Positions 11,935 through 23,653 of a stretch of 34,907 nt of DNA are shown here, piece by piece. Position 1 is the stretch's first letter. Every line of letters begins with the position of its first letter. A model generated the notes under the pieces. The model saw only the letters and a list, made by a program, of their open reading frames with translations. It searched no databases and was not told the origin of the DNA. The position numbers and the translations under genes were made by a program. The DNA comes from Macrostomum lignano. Lineage: Eukaryota. The stretch lies in assembly GCA_002269645.1 (NCBI GenBank), contig NIVC01004796.1:1-34907 (forward strand). Direction: 5' to 3'.

Positions 11935-12795
11935 CCAGTAGATCCAATAGTAGATCTACCGAATCCCAGTAGATCCAATAGTAGGTCTACCGAGTCCCAG
12001 TAGATCTAATAGTAGGTCTACCGAGTCCCAGTAGATCTAATAGTAGGTCTACCGAGTCCCAGTAGATCTAATAGTAGGTCTACCGAGTCCCAGTAGATCC
12101 AATAGTAGGTCTACCGAGTCCCAGTAGATCTAATAGGTAGGTCTACCGAGTCCCAGTAGATCCAATAAGTAGGTCTACCGAGTCCCAGTAGATCCGATAG
12201 TAGATCTACAGAGGCCCAATAGATCCGATAGTAGGTCTACCGAGTCCCAGTAGATCTAATAGGTAGGTCTACCGAGTCCCAGTAGATCCAATAGTAGGTC
12301 TACCGAGTCCCAGTAGATCTAATAGTAGGTCTACCTAGTCCCAGTAGATCTAATAGTAGATCTACCGAATCCCAGTAGATCCAATTAGTAGGTCTACATA
12401 ATCCCAGTAGATCCGATACCATGTCTACCGAATTCCATTAGATCCGATAATAGGTCTACCGAATACCAGTAGATCTAATAAAGTAGATCTACAGAATTCC
12501 AGTAGATCCGATAGTAGATCTACAGAATCCCAGTGGATCGAATAGTAGATCTACAGAATCCCAGTAGATCCGATAGTAGATCTACAGAATCTCAGTAGAT
12601 CTGATATAGTAGATCTACAGAATCCCAGTGGATCGAATAGTAGATCTACAGAATCCCAGTAGATCCGATAGTAGATCTACAGAATCTCAGTAGATTTGAT
12701 ATAGTAGATCTACAGAATCTCAGTAGATCCAATTGTAGATCTACAGAATCCCAGTGGATCGAATTGTAGATCTACAGAATTCCAGTAGATCCGAA
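11935..12795. repeat. ~31-bp minisatellite (agtagatctaatagtaggtctaccgagtccc) in FkbM intron 1
   Basis: Tandem array that drifts to a ...gtagatctacagaatccc variant towards the right and ends about 25 bp from the exon 1 donor. Confidence 0.95.
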
Positions 12796-12819
12796 TCCGT
12801 GCAGCGCACAAGAACTCAC

Positions 12820-12987
12820 CTGCTCAACCCACATGGCCAGGTCGCCCAGACTCCGCAGACATTCGCCCCGACCAGACAAGCCAGTTGCAGTGAAGTTTCG
12901 CATCGCGGCCCAGTGCACGATGGCAACCGTCAGTGCAACCGCTATGGAGAACACCAGCAGCTTCTTCCAACGCATATTGCTCAACAT
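12820..12987 (-). CDS. FkbM-family methyltransferase, coding exon 1 (type II signal anchor)
   Basis: MLSNMRWKK + LLVFSIAVALTVAIVHWAAM (basic tail followed by a TM helix). Donor CAG|gtgagt is phase 0 and in frame with exon 2. The spliced product is 370 aa. Confidence 0.8.
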
Positions 12988-13371
12988 GAGTGGAAAAATA
13001 TTCGATCAGCTGTAGGGCAGCTTAGGTTAAACTTATCTCTCAGCTTGATTGAAAGCTGGGCAGAGTGACAGAGTCGATAAGGCCGAAAGCATTGGCACAG
13101 TCACTTTTTGTGCGCTCTGGATGATGCTCGGTGAAAGCGCGCGGAGCTCCTATTGGCCAGAATGTCCCAAACCAATTTGCCGTGTTTGCCTGCCTGTCTC
13201 CAAAAGTAGGGGGGTTTGCAAAGGCTTGTTTGCTTTGCTGTGAGTGTAGAGCCATGGGGCGGATTTCTATAGCAATATGGAGACCAAAGGGCAAGTTGTT
13301 TGTTTTACATGCATTCACATTTCCGCTATGGAATTGCTTCAGTCGGCATGTGGCAACCAGCTTGAATGAGA

Positions 13372-14517
13372 CTTAGGTTCTGTGAAGCTTAGGTTTGTGA
13401 AGCTTAGGTTTGTTAAGCTTTTGGATTTGTGAAGCTTTTGGGTTTTTGAAGCTTGGGGTTTGTGAAGCTTAGGATTTGTGAAGCTTTTGGGTTTGTGAAG
13501 ATTTTGGGTTTGTGAAGATTTTGGGTTTGTGAAGCTTAGGATTTGTGAAGCTTTTGGGTTTGTGAAGCTTGGGGTTTGTGAAGCTTAGGATTTGTGAAGC
13601 TTAGGGTTTGTGAAGCTTAGGTTTGTGAAGCTTTGAGTTTGTGAATCTTAGGGTTTGTGAAGCTTTGAGTTTGTGAAGCTTAGGATTTGTGAAGCTTGGG
13701 ATTTGTGAAGCTTGGGGTTTGTGAAGCTTAGGGTTTGTGAAGCTTTGAGTTTGTGAAGCTTAGGGTTTGTGAAGCTTAGGATTTGTGAAGCTTTTGGGTT
13801 TTTGAAGCTTGGGGTTTGTGAAGCTTAGGATTTGTGAAGCTTTTGGGTTTGTGAAGATTTTGGGTTTGTGAAGATTTTGGGTTTGTGAAGCTTAGGATTT
13901 GTGAAGCTTTTGGGTTTGTGAAGCTTGGGGTTTGTGAAGCTTAGGATTTGTGAAGCTTAGGGTTTGTGAAGCTTAGGTTTGTGAAGCTTTGAGTTTGTGA
14001 ATCTTAGGGTTTGTGAAGCTTTGAGTTTGTGAAGCTTAGGATTTGTGAAGCTTGGGATTTGTGAAGCTTGGGGTTTGTGAAGCTTAGGGTTTGTGAAGCT
14101 TTGAGTTTGTGAAGCTTAGGGTTTGTGAAGCTTGTGATTTGTGAAGCTTGGGATTTGAGAAGCTTAGGATTTGTGAAGCTTAGGGTTTGTGAAGCTTTGA
14201 GTTTGTGAAGCTTGTGATTTGTGAAGCTTGGGATTTGTGAAGATTTATGAAGCTTGGTGTTCGTGAAGCTTAGGGTTTATGAAGCTTAGGATTTATGAAG
14301 CTTGGGATTTGTGAATCTTAGAATTTGTGAAGCTTTGAGTTTTTGAAGCATAGGATTTGTGAAGCTTTGAGTTTGTAAAGCTTTGAGTTTGTGAAGCTTT
14401 GAGTTTGTGAAGCTTAGGGTTTGTGAAGCTTGGGATTTGTGAAGCTTTGAGTTTGTGAAGCTTAGGGTTTGTGAATCTTAGGGTTTGTGAAGCTTAGAGT
14501 CTGTGAGGTTTGTGAGG
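13372..14517. repeat. 16-18-bp minisatellite (gtttgtgaagcttagg)
   Basis: Most monomers carry an aagctt site. A 356-bp higher-order duplication is visible: the rare variant ggtttttgaa occurs at ~13441 and ~13797. Confidence 0.96.
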
Positions 14518-15025
14518 CCATGCCAAATAGATTTCTAGCATCGGGAAATTTGGAGTTAACGATAAAGATTCGAGCTTTAGTTTTGGGATCCCGTTATCGA
14601 GTATGCAAATGAAAACTACCCCCCCCCCACACACAACACATTTATAATAGTGGCAATGCAGTATACTCATTAGTCATTGTTATACCTTGATGCGCTTCTT
14701 TAATCCTTAAATACTTAACTCAAATTCCGTTATCGATTTTTCTGTTATTGATCCTGGGGGGGGGTAAGAAGTGGTTGTGCGATAGTTAGTTCCCACGGTA
14801 AATTGTATTAGTGCAATATGCCAATTTTCGGTGCTTGCCAATGACTTGAGAGCATTGGGTTGGAGACTGATTTATGGCTGGAGGGGCCCGGGCTCGCATT
14901 GGAAATTCAGAGATTTACTGTGCGGCCCCATGACTGACCGATCGAAGCCATGCAGATCCGGTTGAATAAACACAGGCCAAGAACAGGGAGCAAATGTTAT
15001 GACTGTTTGTGCCTTCCACGGGAGT

Positions 15026-15382
15026 CAGGTATTCAGGTATTCAAGTATTCAGGTACATGTATTTTGGCATTCAAGTATTCAGGTACATGTATTCAGGTAT
15101 TCAAGTACATGTATTCAGGTACATGTATTCAGGTATTCAGGTATTCAGGTACATGTATTCAGGTATTCAGGTATTCAAGTATTCAGGTACATGTATTCAG
15201 GTATTCAGGCCTTCGGGTATTCAGGTATTCAGGTATTCAGGTACATGTATTCAGGTATTCAGGTACATGTATTCAGGTATTCAGGTACATGTATTCAGGT
15301 ATTCAGATATTCAGGTACATGTATTCAGGTATTCAGGCCTTCGGGTATTCAGGTACATGTGTTCAGGTATTCAGGAATTCAG
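15026..15382. repeat. Simple repeat of gtattcag / gtacatgtattcag
   Basis: Interspersed 8-mer and 14-mer units. These explain the spurious IQVFRYSG-type ORFs. Confidence 0.95.
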
Positions 15383-15594
15383 GAATTGTGGACAAATTGT
15401 TTTCTACTTCCTTTAATTAATTTATGCTGACTTAAGTCATTGACTAACGCAGATATTAGATAAAAAGACAATAAATCAGAATGAAAATTTTAGCGCTGTC
15501 AGCTAAAATGCGCAGGTATTGAGGCGCAGATATTGAAATAGTGCAGTGCGCTAAAAGAGCGCAGCAAAGGTCACAATGCCGCTGCACTCTAACG

Positions 15595-18258
15595 TTTTGA
15601 ATTAGGCATTTACACCTGCACCAATGTTCTGAATTAGGCATTTTTAATTGCACCAATGTTCTGAATTAGGCATTTTTACTTGCACCAATGTTCTGAATTA
15701 GGCATTTACACCTGCACCAATGTTCTGAATTAGGCATTTACACCTGCACCAATGTTCTGAATTAGGCATTTACACCTGCACCAATGTTCTGAATTAGGCA
15801 TTTACACCTGCACCAATGTTCTGAATTAGGCATTTTTAATTGCACCAATGTTCTGAATTAGGCATTTACACCTGCACCAATGTTCTGAATTAGGCATTTT
15901 TAATTGCACCAATGTTCTGAATTAGGCATTTTTACTTGCACCAATGTTCTGAATTAGGCATTTACACCTGCACCAATGTTCTGAATTAGGCATTTACACC
16001 TGCACCAATGTTCTGAATTAGGCATTTACACCTGCACCAATGTTCTGAATTAGGCATTTACACTTGCATCAATGTTCTGAATTAGGCATTTACACCTGCA
16101 CCAATGTTCTGAATTAGGCATTTACACCTGCACCAATGTTCTGAATTAGGCATTTACACCTGCACCAATGTTCTGAATTAGGCATTTTCAATTGCACCAA
16201 TGTTCTGAATTAGGCATTTACACCTGCACCAATGTTCTGAATTAGGCATTTACACCTGCACCAATGTTCTGAATTAGGCATTTACACCTGCACCAATGTT
16301 CTGAATTAGGCATTTTCACTTGCACCAATGTTCTGAATTAGGCATTTACACCTGCACCAATGTTCTGAATTAGGCATTTACACCTGCACCAATGTTCTGA
16401 ATTAGGCATTTACACCTGCACCAATGTTCTGAATTAGGCATTTTTACTTGCACCAATGTTCTGAATTAGGCATTTACACCTGCACCAATGTTCTGAATTA
16501 GGCATTTACACCTGCACCAATGTTCTGAATTAGGCATTTACACCTGCACCAATGTTCTGAATTAGGCATTTACACCTGCACCAATGTTCTGAATTAGGCA
16601 TTTTCACTTGCACTAATGTTTTGAATTAGGCATTTAACTTGCACCAATGTTCTGAAGTAGACATTTTTACACCTGCACCAATGTTCTGAATTAGGCATTT
16701 ACACCTGCACCAATGTTCTGAATTAGGCATTTACACCTGCACCAATGTTCTGAATTAGGCATTTACACTTGCATCAATGTTCTGAATTAGGCATTTACAC
16801 CTGCACCAATGTTCTGAATTAGGCATTTACACCTGCACCAATGTTCTGAATTAGGCATTTACACCTGCACCAATGTTCTGAATTAGGCATTTTCAATTGC
16901 ACCAATGTTCTGAATTAGGCATTTACACCTGCACCAATGTTCTGAATTAGGCATTTACACTTGCACCAATGTTCTGAATTAGGCATTTTCACCTGCACCA
17001 ATGTTCTGAATTAGGCATTTTCACCTGCACCAATGTTCTGAATTAGGCATTTACACCTGCACCAATGTTCTGAATTAGGCATTTTCACTTGCACTAATGT
17101 TTTGAATTAGGCATTTACACCTGCACCAATGTTCTGAATTAGGCATTTACACCTGCACCAATGTTCTGAATTAGGCATTTTTACTTGCACCAATGTTCTG
17201 AAGTAGACATTTTTACACCTGCACCAATGTTCTGAATTAGGCATTTACACCTGCACCAATGTTCTGAAGTAGACATTTTTACACCTGCACCAATGTTCTG
17301 AATTAGGCATTTACACCTGCACCAATGTTCTGAATTAGGCATTTACACCTGCACCAATGTTCTGAATTAGGCATTTACACCTGCACCAATGTTCTGAATT
17401 AGGCATTTTTACTTGCACCAATGTTCTGAATTAGGCATTTACACCTGCACCAATGTTCTGAATTAGGCATTTTTACTTGCACCAATGTTCTGAATTAGGC
17501 ATTTACACCTGCACCAATGTTCTGAATTAGGCATTTTCACCTGCACCAATGTTCTGAATTAGGCATTTTTACTTGCACCAATGTTCTGAAGTAGACATTT
17601 TTACACCTGCACCAATGTTCTGAATTAGGCATTTACACCTGCACCAATGTTCTGAAGTAGACATTTTTACACCTGCACCAATGTTCTGAATTAGGCATTT
17701 ACACCTGCACCAATGTTCTGAATTAGGCATTTACACCTGCACCAATGTTCTGAATTAGGCATTTACACCTGCACCAATGTTCTGAATTAGGCATTTTTAC
17801 TTGCACCAATGTTCTGAATTAGGCATTTACACCTGCACCAATGTTCTGAATTAGGCATTTTTACTTGCACCAATGTTCTGAATTAGGCATTTACACCTGC
17901 ACCAATGTTCTGAATTAGGCATTTTCACTTGCACTAATGTTTTGAATTAGGCATTTACACCTGCACCAATGTTCTGAATTAGGCATTTTCACCTGCACCA
18001 ATGTTCTGAATTAGGCATTTTTACTTGCACCAATGTTCTGAATTAGGCATTTGCACTTGCACCAATGTTCTGAATTAGGCATTTACACCTGCACCAATGT
18101 TCTGAATTAGGCATTTACACCTGCACCAATGTTCTGAATTAGGCATTTTCACTTGCACCAATGTTCTGAATTAGGCATTTTTACTTGCACTAATGTTCTG
18201 AATTAGACATTTTTACACCTGCACCAATGTTCTGATTTAGGCATTTTTACACCTGCAC
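15595..18258. repeat. 32-bp satellite (gcaccaatgttctgaattaggcatttacacct), ~80 copies
   Basis: A constant ~26-nt core plus a 6-8-nt variable segment drawn from a few recurring variants. Internal duplications of ~705 bp and ~388 bp. Confidence 0.98.
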
Positions 18259-19702
18259 TGTTGCGCTCCAATTTCTGAATCATGTCGACAATCGACGGAT
18301 CGCTAATTGAAGCTTGCGTTTTTTCAGCCAAACTTTCTACGAAAGATTGCAGGCAGACTGCAGGCGGATGATACTTCACATTACGAGCTAATTACATAGT
18401 CTACTAATGTGACTAAACTCTGATTCGGTTTCGCATTACTCGTAGTTGGTTTATTTATAAAGATCGAATACTAAAGTCTTCAGAATACGATGAGAAAAGT
18501 GGCTATGGCAATTTTTGTAAAAAAAAGTTTTCTATAGTGTCCCCTGAAGTTCCAATCCATTTGTATTGACAATTTACAATTAAAGCATGCCTGTGAACAG
18601 GACGGTGATGTTGACAGGTTACATATACGCTCGTAGTTTTGAGAAAGTTGGCACTAATTTCAAAAGCAGAGGCGGCCTACGAAACGAGGATTTTCAACCA
18701 TTCGCCACCCTAAAAATACGATTATACGAGTCAGTTGGCGCGTTTACAGGACACGCGGGATATGCTACTAACAGTAGAGCACGTGTAAATGTGGCATTAA
18801 TTTAACTCACTCCTTAATTGTCTATCAAGAATCAAAGTAATGTTGCAAAGGAGGAGAGGCTGTGAGCGACACACTTAACTCGGCATTGCTTCAGTTCACC
18901 CAGCTGTAAAATGTGTACCAGCATTAGCTCGGGTAATTGAGGCTGTGTGGCGACCCCCCCGTTCTTGTCGCTGAGCTAATTGGAGCAGGTGTGATCAATT
19001 ATTATTAGTGTTGTTGTTGTTGAAGTCAAATGATTTCATAATTAAAACGAAAAGAAAAGAATGCAAAGTCTGAGTTATATGTATCAGGTTTTTATAGAAT
19101 TTTTGCTTAGCATTTTATTGAACGCCCAAGTGACGCAAAGCATGCTGGTTATATTTCTCTTAGAACAGAACACACGCCAGACTAATGCCTTCTCTCTGTA
19201 CAGTATCGGTGCCACTGATAAAATTAATTTAAACACATGTTTAATCAGATATAACCATATTTTATATGAACAATGAAAGGGACAACAGCGGCGCGAGCCG
19301 AACACAGACACGTTGGGGTCAGGGTGAGGGGAGCAGGACAAAAAACACAAAATAAACTATTCATAAACGCAGAAAATAAACAGGGTTTAAACACAAAACT
19401 ACAGTGGGCCGCTAACTGGGCCAGACGGTGCGAGGCTAATGGAAAACAAAAAAGCACACAAACCGAACCGATCAAAACAAGAATGGCGGATTTGGGGCGA
19501 GGATTAACCGGAAACACGACTGGAGGATTCGAGGAAGAATAAAACGGATCAAGCGAGCGGACGACTGATTGCAGGTCGGCGAACCGATTAGAAGCTGCGA
19601 CAAGCAAAAATATGAAATTCAAAGAGAGGTTCTGCGCGAACAGGAGATGAGAAAAATGAGAGAAAAAAAAGCCACGCTCGAATTCGATAAGCGGACTATC
19701 AA

Positions 19703-20515
19703 TCAATCACTGTTAATGTCCAACAGCGCGCTGAGGTCGTCGGAGTCCGGGGACGCCGCCGACGCCAGGCCGGGCATCAGGGGCGCGTCGGAGAAGACGC
19801 CGGACTCGCTAGACGGAGCGTCCGGACTGTCGCAGAGCAGCAGCGAGTCCAGCTGGTTGAGCGCCGACTGGTCGAACAGCAGGTCGCCGAGGCCGGCTAG
19901 GAGGTCGCCGCCATCAGCACCGGCGGGCTCGGCAGCGACAGGCCAGTCGACGTCTGGAACTGCAAAGGCCGGAGTGTCGAGGGTGCCAGCGCAGGCGGTT
20001 TCGGCGCCAGCGCCGGCGGCGGTGGCCAGGTGTCGGCCATCCAGGCCTGACACTTGCGCCGGCTGGCCAGAGTCGCCTGCAGTCGCCGCCGGAGCCGGTC
20101 GGCCGCCACGCGAGCTGCCGAGCGGCAGGAGGCGCCGGTGCTGGTTCTGGGACTGATTTTGCCGCTGTGTGCAGCCGGTCGAGCCAGCTGCAGCGCGAGC
20201 GCCAGCGTCATGAGAAGGCGCGCCAGACCCCGACCCTGCTGCTGAGGGTTGGCCACAGGCACTGCTGTCCTGTCTGCCGGGGTCGAGCGCGCGCCGCTCA
20301 GAGCTGAAACGCCCTGGCCGCAGCCGCCCTCCAGCTGTACAAGCAGGTGGTTCAGCCTGCTGCCCAGCTTTTCCAGCTTCTCCTTAAGCTCAGAGTTCTC
20401 GCAGCGCAAGTAGCGATTCTCAACCTCCAGTCGCTGCAACGCCGACTCCATCTTTTCCATTTTCTGCTTCTTCCGATCGCGAGCCTGCTGAGCCGCGATG
20501 CGGTTCATTACTTTC
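19703..20515 (-). CDS. XBP1: XBP1 exon 2, IRE1-spliced (XBP1s) reading: leucine zipper plus acidic C-terminal region after removing 20242-20264
   Basis: Acceptor tttccag|G AAA GTA ATG gives KVMNRIAAQQARDRKKQKMEKME. After the 23-nt deletion the new frame is open to TGA at 19703 (...DLLFDQSALNQLDSLLL...DDLSALLDINSD). The predicted protein is 466 aa. Confidence 0.88.
19897..20515 (-). CDS. XBP1: XBP1 exon 2, unspliced (XBP1u) reading
   Basis: The same exon read without splicing gives a hydrophobic HR2-like stretch GLARLLMTLALALQLA and a stop at 19897. The predicted protein is 409 aa. Confidence 0.85.
20242..20264 (-). other. XBP1: 23-nt unconventional (IRE1-type) intron
   Basis: Two stem-loops with 7-nt CNG|CNGN loops: ACAGGA-CAG|CAGT-GCCTGT and ACCCT-CAG|CAGC-AGGGT. 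The excised sequence is CAGTGCCTGTGGCCAACCCTCAG. Confidence 0.88.
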
Positions 20516-20663
20516 CTGGAAATTTGTTAACGAGAATAGAATAGAATTATTTACTATGACGTTTTGTTTGCAACAGACTACTTAAAGTAGACAAGTAAGT
20601 AGGATCGCAGGAATGACTTCCGGGTGAGTCTTAATTTACAACAGATTTAAATTCAAAGCTTAC

Positions 20664-21274
20664 CGTCGGGTCAGTTTCTCGTCAGCGGTCAGGTGGTTGA
20701 GCCGAGCCCGCTTCCGGCCGTAGATTGACGAGCCGAGCAGGTCGTCGTCATCCTCGAACTCGTCGAAGGACAAAGTCGAGTAGGTCGACGAATCTAGTGG
20801 GGCCTTCTGCAGAACCAGATTCTCCGATTCGGTGCGAATCTTCGAGTCTGCAGCAGCCACTGACGAAGACGACGATGTTGAAGTCGACAGGGCCGGGGAC
20901 AAAGCCGACGCCGGATTTGTCGAGCCGAGGACGATGCGCGCAGGCTGGGCGTCCTCCATGTCGAGCAGGCGCGGCTCCTGCATCATCTTGCGCTTGCGAA
21001 AGTGCTGCTGCGAGCTGTCGGCTGGGCTAATGATCTTAGTCCCGCTGCCGCCGCCGCCGACAAAACAAGTCGACGCGGGAGGCGCGGCCGACTCCGAAAC
21101 ATCGACGAAGTCGGCCGACGCGTCGGCTCGCTTGAACAGCTGCTGCTGTTGTTGTTGGGTCAGCGCCAGCTTACCGTTGCCGCCAGGGACTTCAACCAGA
21201 CACATCTGCGGCCCGGCGATGCCCGCCTTCTGCAGCAGGGCGTACACGACTTTCGATGACGCGTTGATAGTCAT
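20664..21274 (-). CDS. XBP1: XBP1 coding exon 1
   Basis: First in-frame ATG at 21274. Ends RKRARLNHLTADEKLTR(R), compared with XBP1 RKRQRLTHLSPEEKALRR. Phase-2 donor CG|gtaagc, with a 148-nt intron at 20516-20663. Confidence 0.88.
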
Positions 21275-21482
21275 CTCTGCGTTACAAAGCGAAGCAGGAT
21301 GTGTTATGTTCTTCTGATGCAAGAGATTGATGATGAAATATTTAAGACTGGGAGAGTTGTCTAACCCATTACAAAGCCATGCGGCGATGCTTATATAGGA
21401 TGATCAGTACCAAAGGTAATCGGTCAATTCAGTCCAAGATTGTATGACGAAACTACCTCAGAAAAAACCGCTTGAGAAACTT

Positions 21483-21490
21483 CCACGTCA
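21483..21490 (-). promoter_or_regulatory. UPRE-like element TGACGTGG
   Basis: Exact TGACGTGG on the XBP1 sense strand, just downstream of a TATA-like tatttaaa (21502-21509). Confidence 0.55.
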
Positions 21491-21527
21491 GCAGTCCGTT
21501 GTTTAAATAAGGCTGACTGTAACGCGT

Positions 21528-21546
21528 CGTGGCGTTTTCCTATTGG
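21528..21546 (-). promoter_or_regulatory. ERSE-I element CCAAT-N9-CCACG upstream of XBP1
   Basis: CCAAT-aggaaaacg-CCACG is an exact match with 9-nt spacing, ~20 bp upstream of the TATA-like motif. GC boxes lie at ~21766 and ~21798. Confidence 0.75.
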
Positions 21547-22985
21547 TCCGCGACCCGGTAGAACGCCAGAGCAAGAGAGCATGAATTGCAATGTTGGAAC
21601 ACGGGGCAATGCTGTACATTTATACGCCTGTACATTTCGATACGCACGCCCACTATGAAGCACGTGACCCATTGCGGGACAGGATTGTACAGTGATCCCA
21701 GTCTATTTTTAGAAATCACGCAGGGGCTGAGTGATGTTACTGTTCAAAAAACCCGTCCTATCCACCCGCCCCCTCTTACTGCCAGCGTGGAGGCAAACCC
21801 GCCCCCTCCCCGGTTCCAAACTGCGATTCCAGCGTGGAACTTTGGGCATTGGGTGGGGCTGCCGGCTGTGCCTTGTGTTTAAACTCTAGCGAAATGCTGT
21901 TTCTCGTAATTTCAGCTGTTTACTAAGGCACGTTGCCATAATAAGACGGCCAGCGCCCCCCACCCCTACGAGGGTGAGAGAGGCGGAAAGAGCGGGGAGA
22001 GGCAGCCCGCCGAACCCGTAGCAGCCAAAGCTCACGCCCGGCATGACTAGGCAAAAAAGCACTGCCGATCAATAGGCGATAGTAAACGACGGTTTACACT
22101 GAGTAGTTGGATATTCAATATTCTCTCCAAAAGGGATCAGATACTCGATAGTTCCCAGCTAAGCTAAGCCAATCAGTAACTGCAGAAATAGAAACGAAGA
22201 GGAAAGAAAGGCCAAACCGGAGTTCTTAAATAAGAGTTGTTCTGACAATGTTCAGCCGACTGTAATTCACTTGCATTACAAGCCTTCCAGCTGGCAATTC
22301 GAACATAATGAATTGAAAACTGAAATCTGTACAACTTACAGATTTGATACAAAACATGGCATATCAGTACAAAACATGAAATGAACAGGCAAATAGAAAA
22401 GACAAAGAAGTACTCCGCAGCAAAACCATCAATTGAAGCCTAAAGTTAAAAAAATTAACTCTTTTATGCATAAATTTTGAAGAGCAAAAATTCAAAATTT
22501 TTGCCGTTTTTTATTTAGTGCTGCAATAACAGAAATTGTTTTCAGACTAGCACGAAACTGGAAAACGATGACAAATTATTAATGAATGATAAATTGATGA
22601 AGAATAATTGAAATATGAAGCAATCAACGCACTCGAGGTTGTGAAAGAGAATAGTTTTGAGTAGCAACCAACACATTTGGACACAACAATCATAGCAAGA
22701 CAGAACAACAGAAAAAGCATCATTGTGAATCGATATTTGTTAGTGAGCCTTTGCAGTGCAGACTGCAGTACTATAAATATCCAAAACAATGGGAAGCAAA
22801 CCAATGCAAATAAAAGCTAATAATATTATGAAGAAATAAAACAATGCCTACTAACAGTAGTTGGTAGGTAAGTACCGCATTAACCGAGTGTCACTAAATA
22901 TGATAAATAAAGATGAATCAATATAAAATTCTCAAACTAACAATAGAACTCAATTTGATAAAATGTCTGCTCACTAGCGCTCTGC

Positions 22986-23653
22986 TCACTGCAGAGCCGG
23001 CCCGCCGTGTCCAGAGGCTGAGGGCCGGCCGGTCCTGCAGTACACTGAGCCCTTGCTGCGCATATACTTGCTAATATAAGACTTCGCCTTGCCCTGCACA
23101 TTGGCGTTCACCTCCAGGTCTTCAATATGGCGCGTGTGCTTCAGCTCCTTCAGCAGGATTGCGTGAGTCATCTTCTTGACTAAGTACTTCAAGTCCTCTT
23201 GATTGGTGATGCGGCCAGTCTGGCAGGTGGCGGCGCAGTAGCGCTGCAGGTGCGCGTGGACGAACTCCTTCATCGAGGCGGTGAAGGCAGCCTTCTGCTG
23301 CAGCTCGCGCGAGCTGGCCACCTCGCGGCGCCTCTGTTCAACTTTTTCAACGCGCTCCCGGCGCCGGATTTTCACGGCGTTCCGGGTGATCATGTCCTGG
23401 ATCTCGTCGTGGGACACCTGGAAGCGCCAGGCTCCGTTGTACTCGAAGGCAGCCTCGGAGGCGGCCGCCGATGGCTCCGCAGCGGTCTCTTCGGGCAGGG
23501 CGTCCCACGGATAGGTGGGCTCCCAGGAGTGCTCGCTACCCGGCTGGTCGCGCCACACAGTCCGCCTGGTGCCCAGATGGTAAAAGTACACACGGCCGTC
23601 CGGATCGCGGGCCGAGCGCCATTGCGGCGGCAGGCCGCCCGAAGCTGCGACGG
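22986..23653 (-). CDS. SETD2: SETD2-like gene, last exon: WW and SRI domains
   Basis: Acceptor tcattttgcag|CC, phase 1. WW motif LPPQWRSARDPDGRVYFYHLGTRRTVW. SRI motif GRITNQEDLKYLVKKMTHAILLKELKH..EDLEVNANVQGKAKSYISKYM. Confidence 0.9.

Noticed and set aside
13372-14517. Telomeric TTAGGG in monomers (and TTAGGC in the 32-bp satellite)
   Set aside because: The hexamers occur singly inside longer monomers and never in tandem, so this is not an interstitial telomere.
14950-15430. Repetitive ORFs here and at 32356-32835 and 33954-34716
   Set aside because: They are translations of minisatellites, and two of them lie in defined introns on the opposite logic.
15595-18258. CRISPR-like look of the 32-bp array (constant part plus variable part)
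   Set aside because: The variable parts are only 6-8 nt and recurrent rather than unique spacers. There are no cas genes, and the context is eukaryotic.
15595-18258. Tandem CCAAT boxes in the satellite as an XBP1 enhancer
   Set aside because: The flanks (caCCAATgt) fit NF-Y poorly, there is no CCACG partner, and a 5-mer match is weak evidence.
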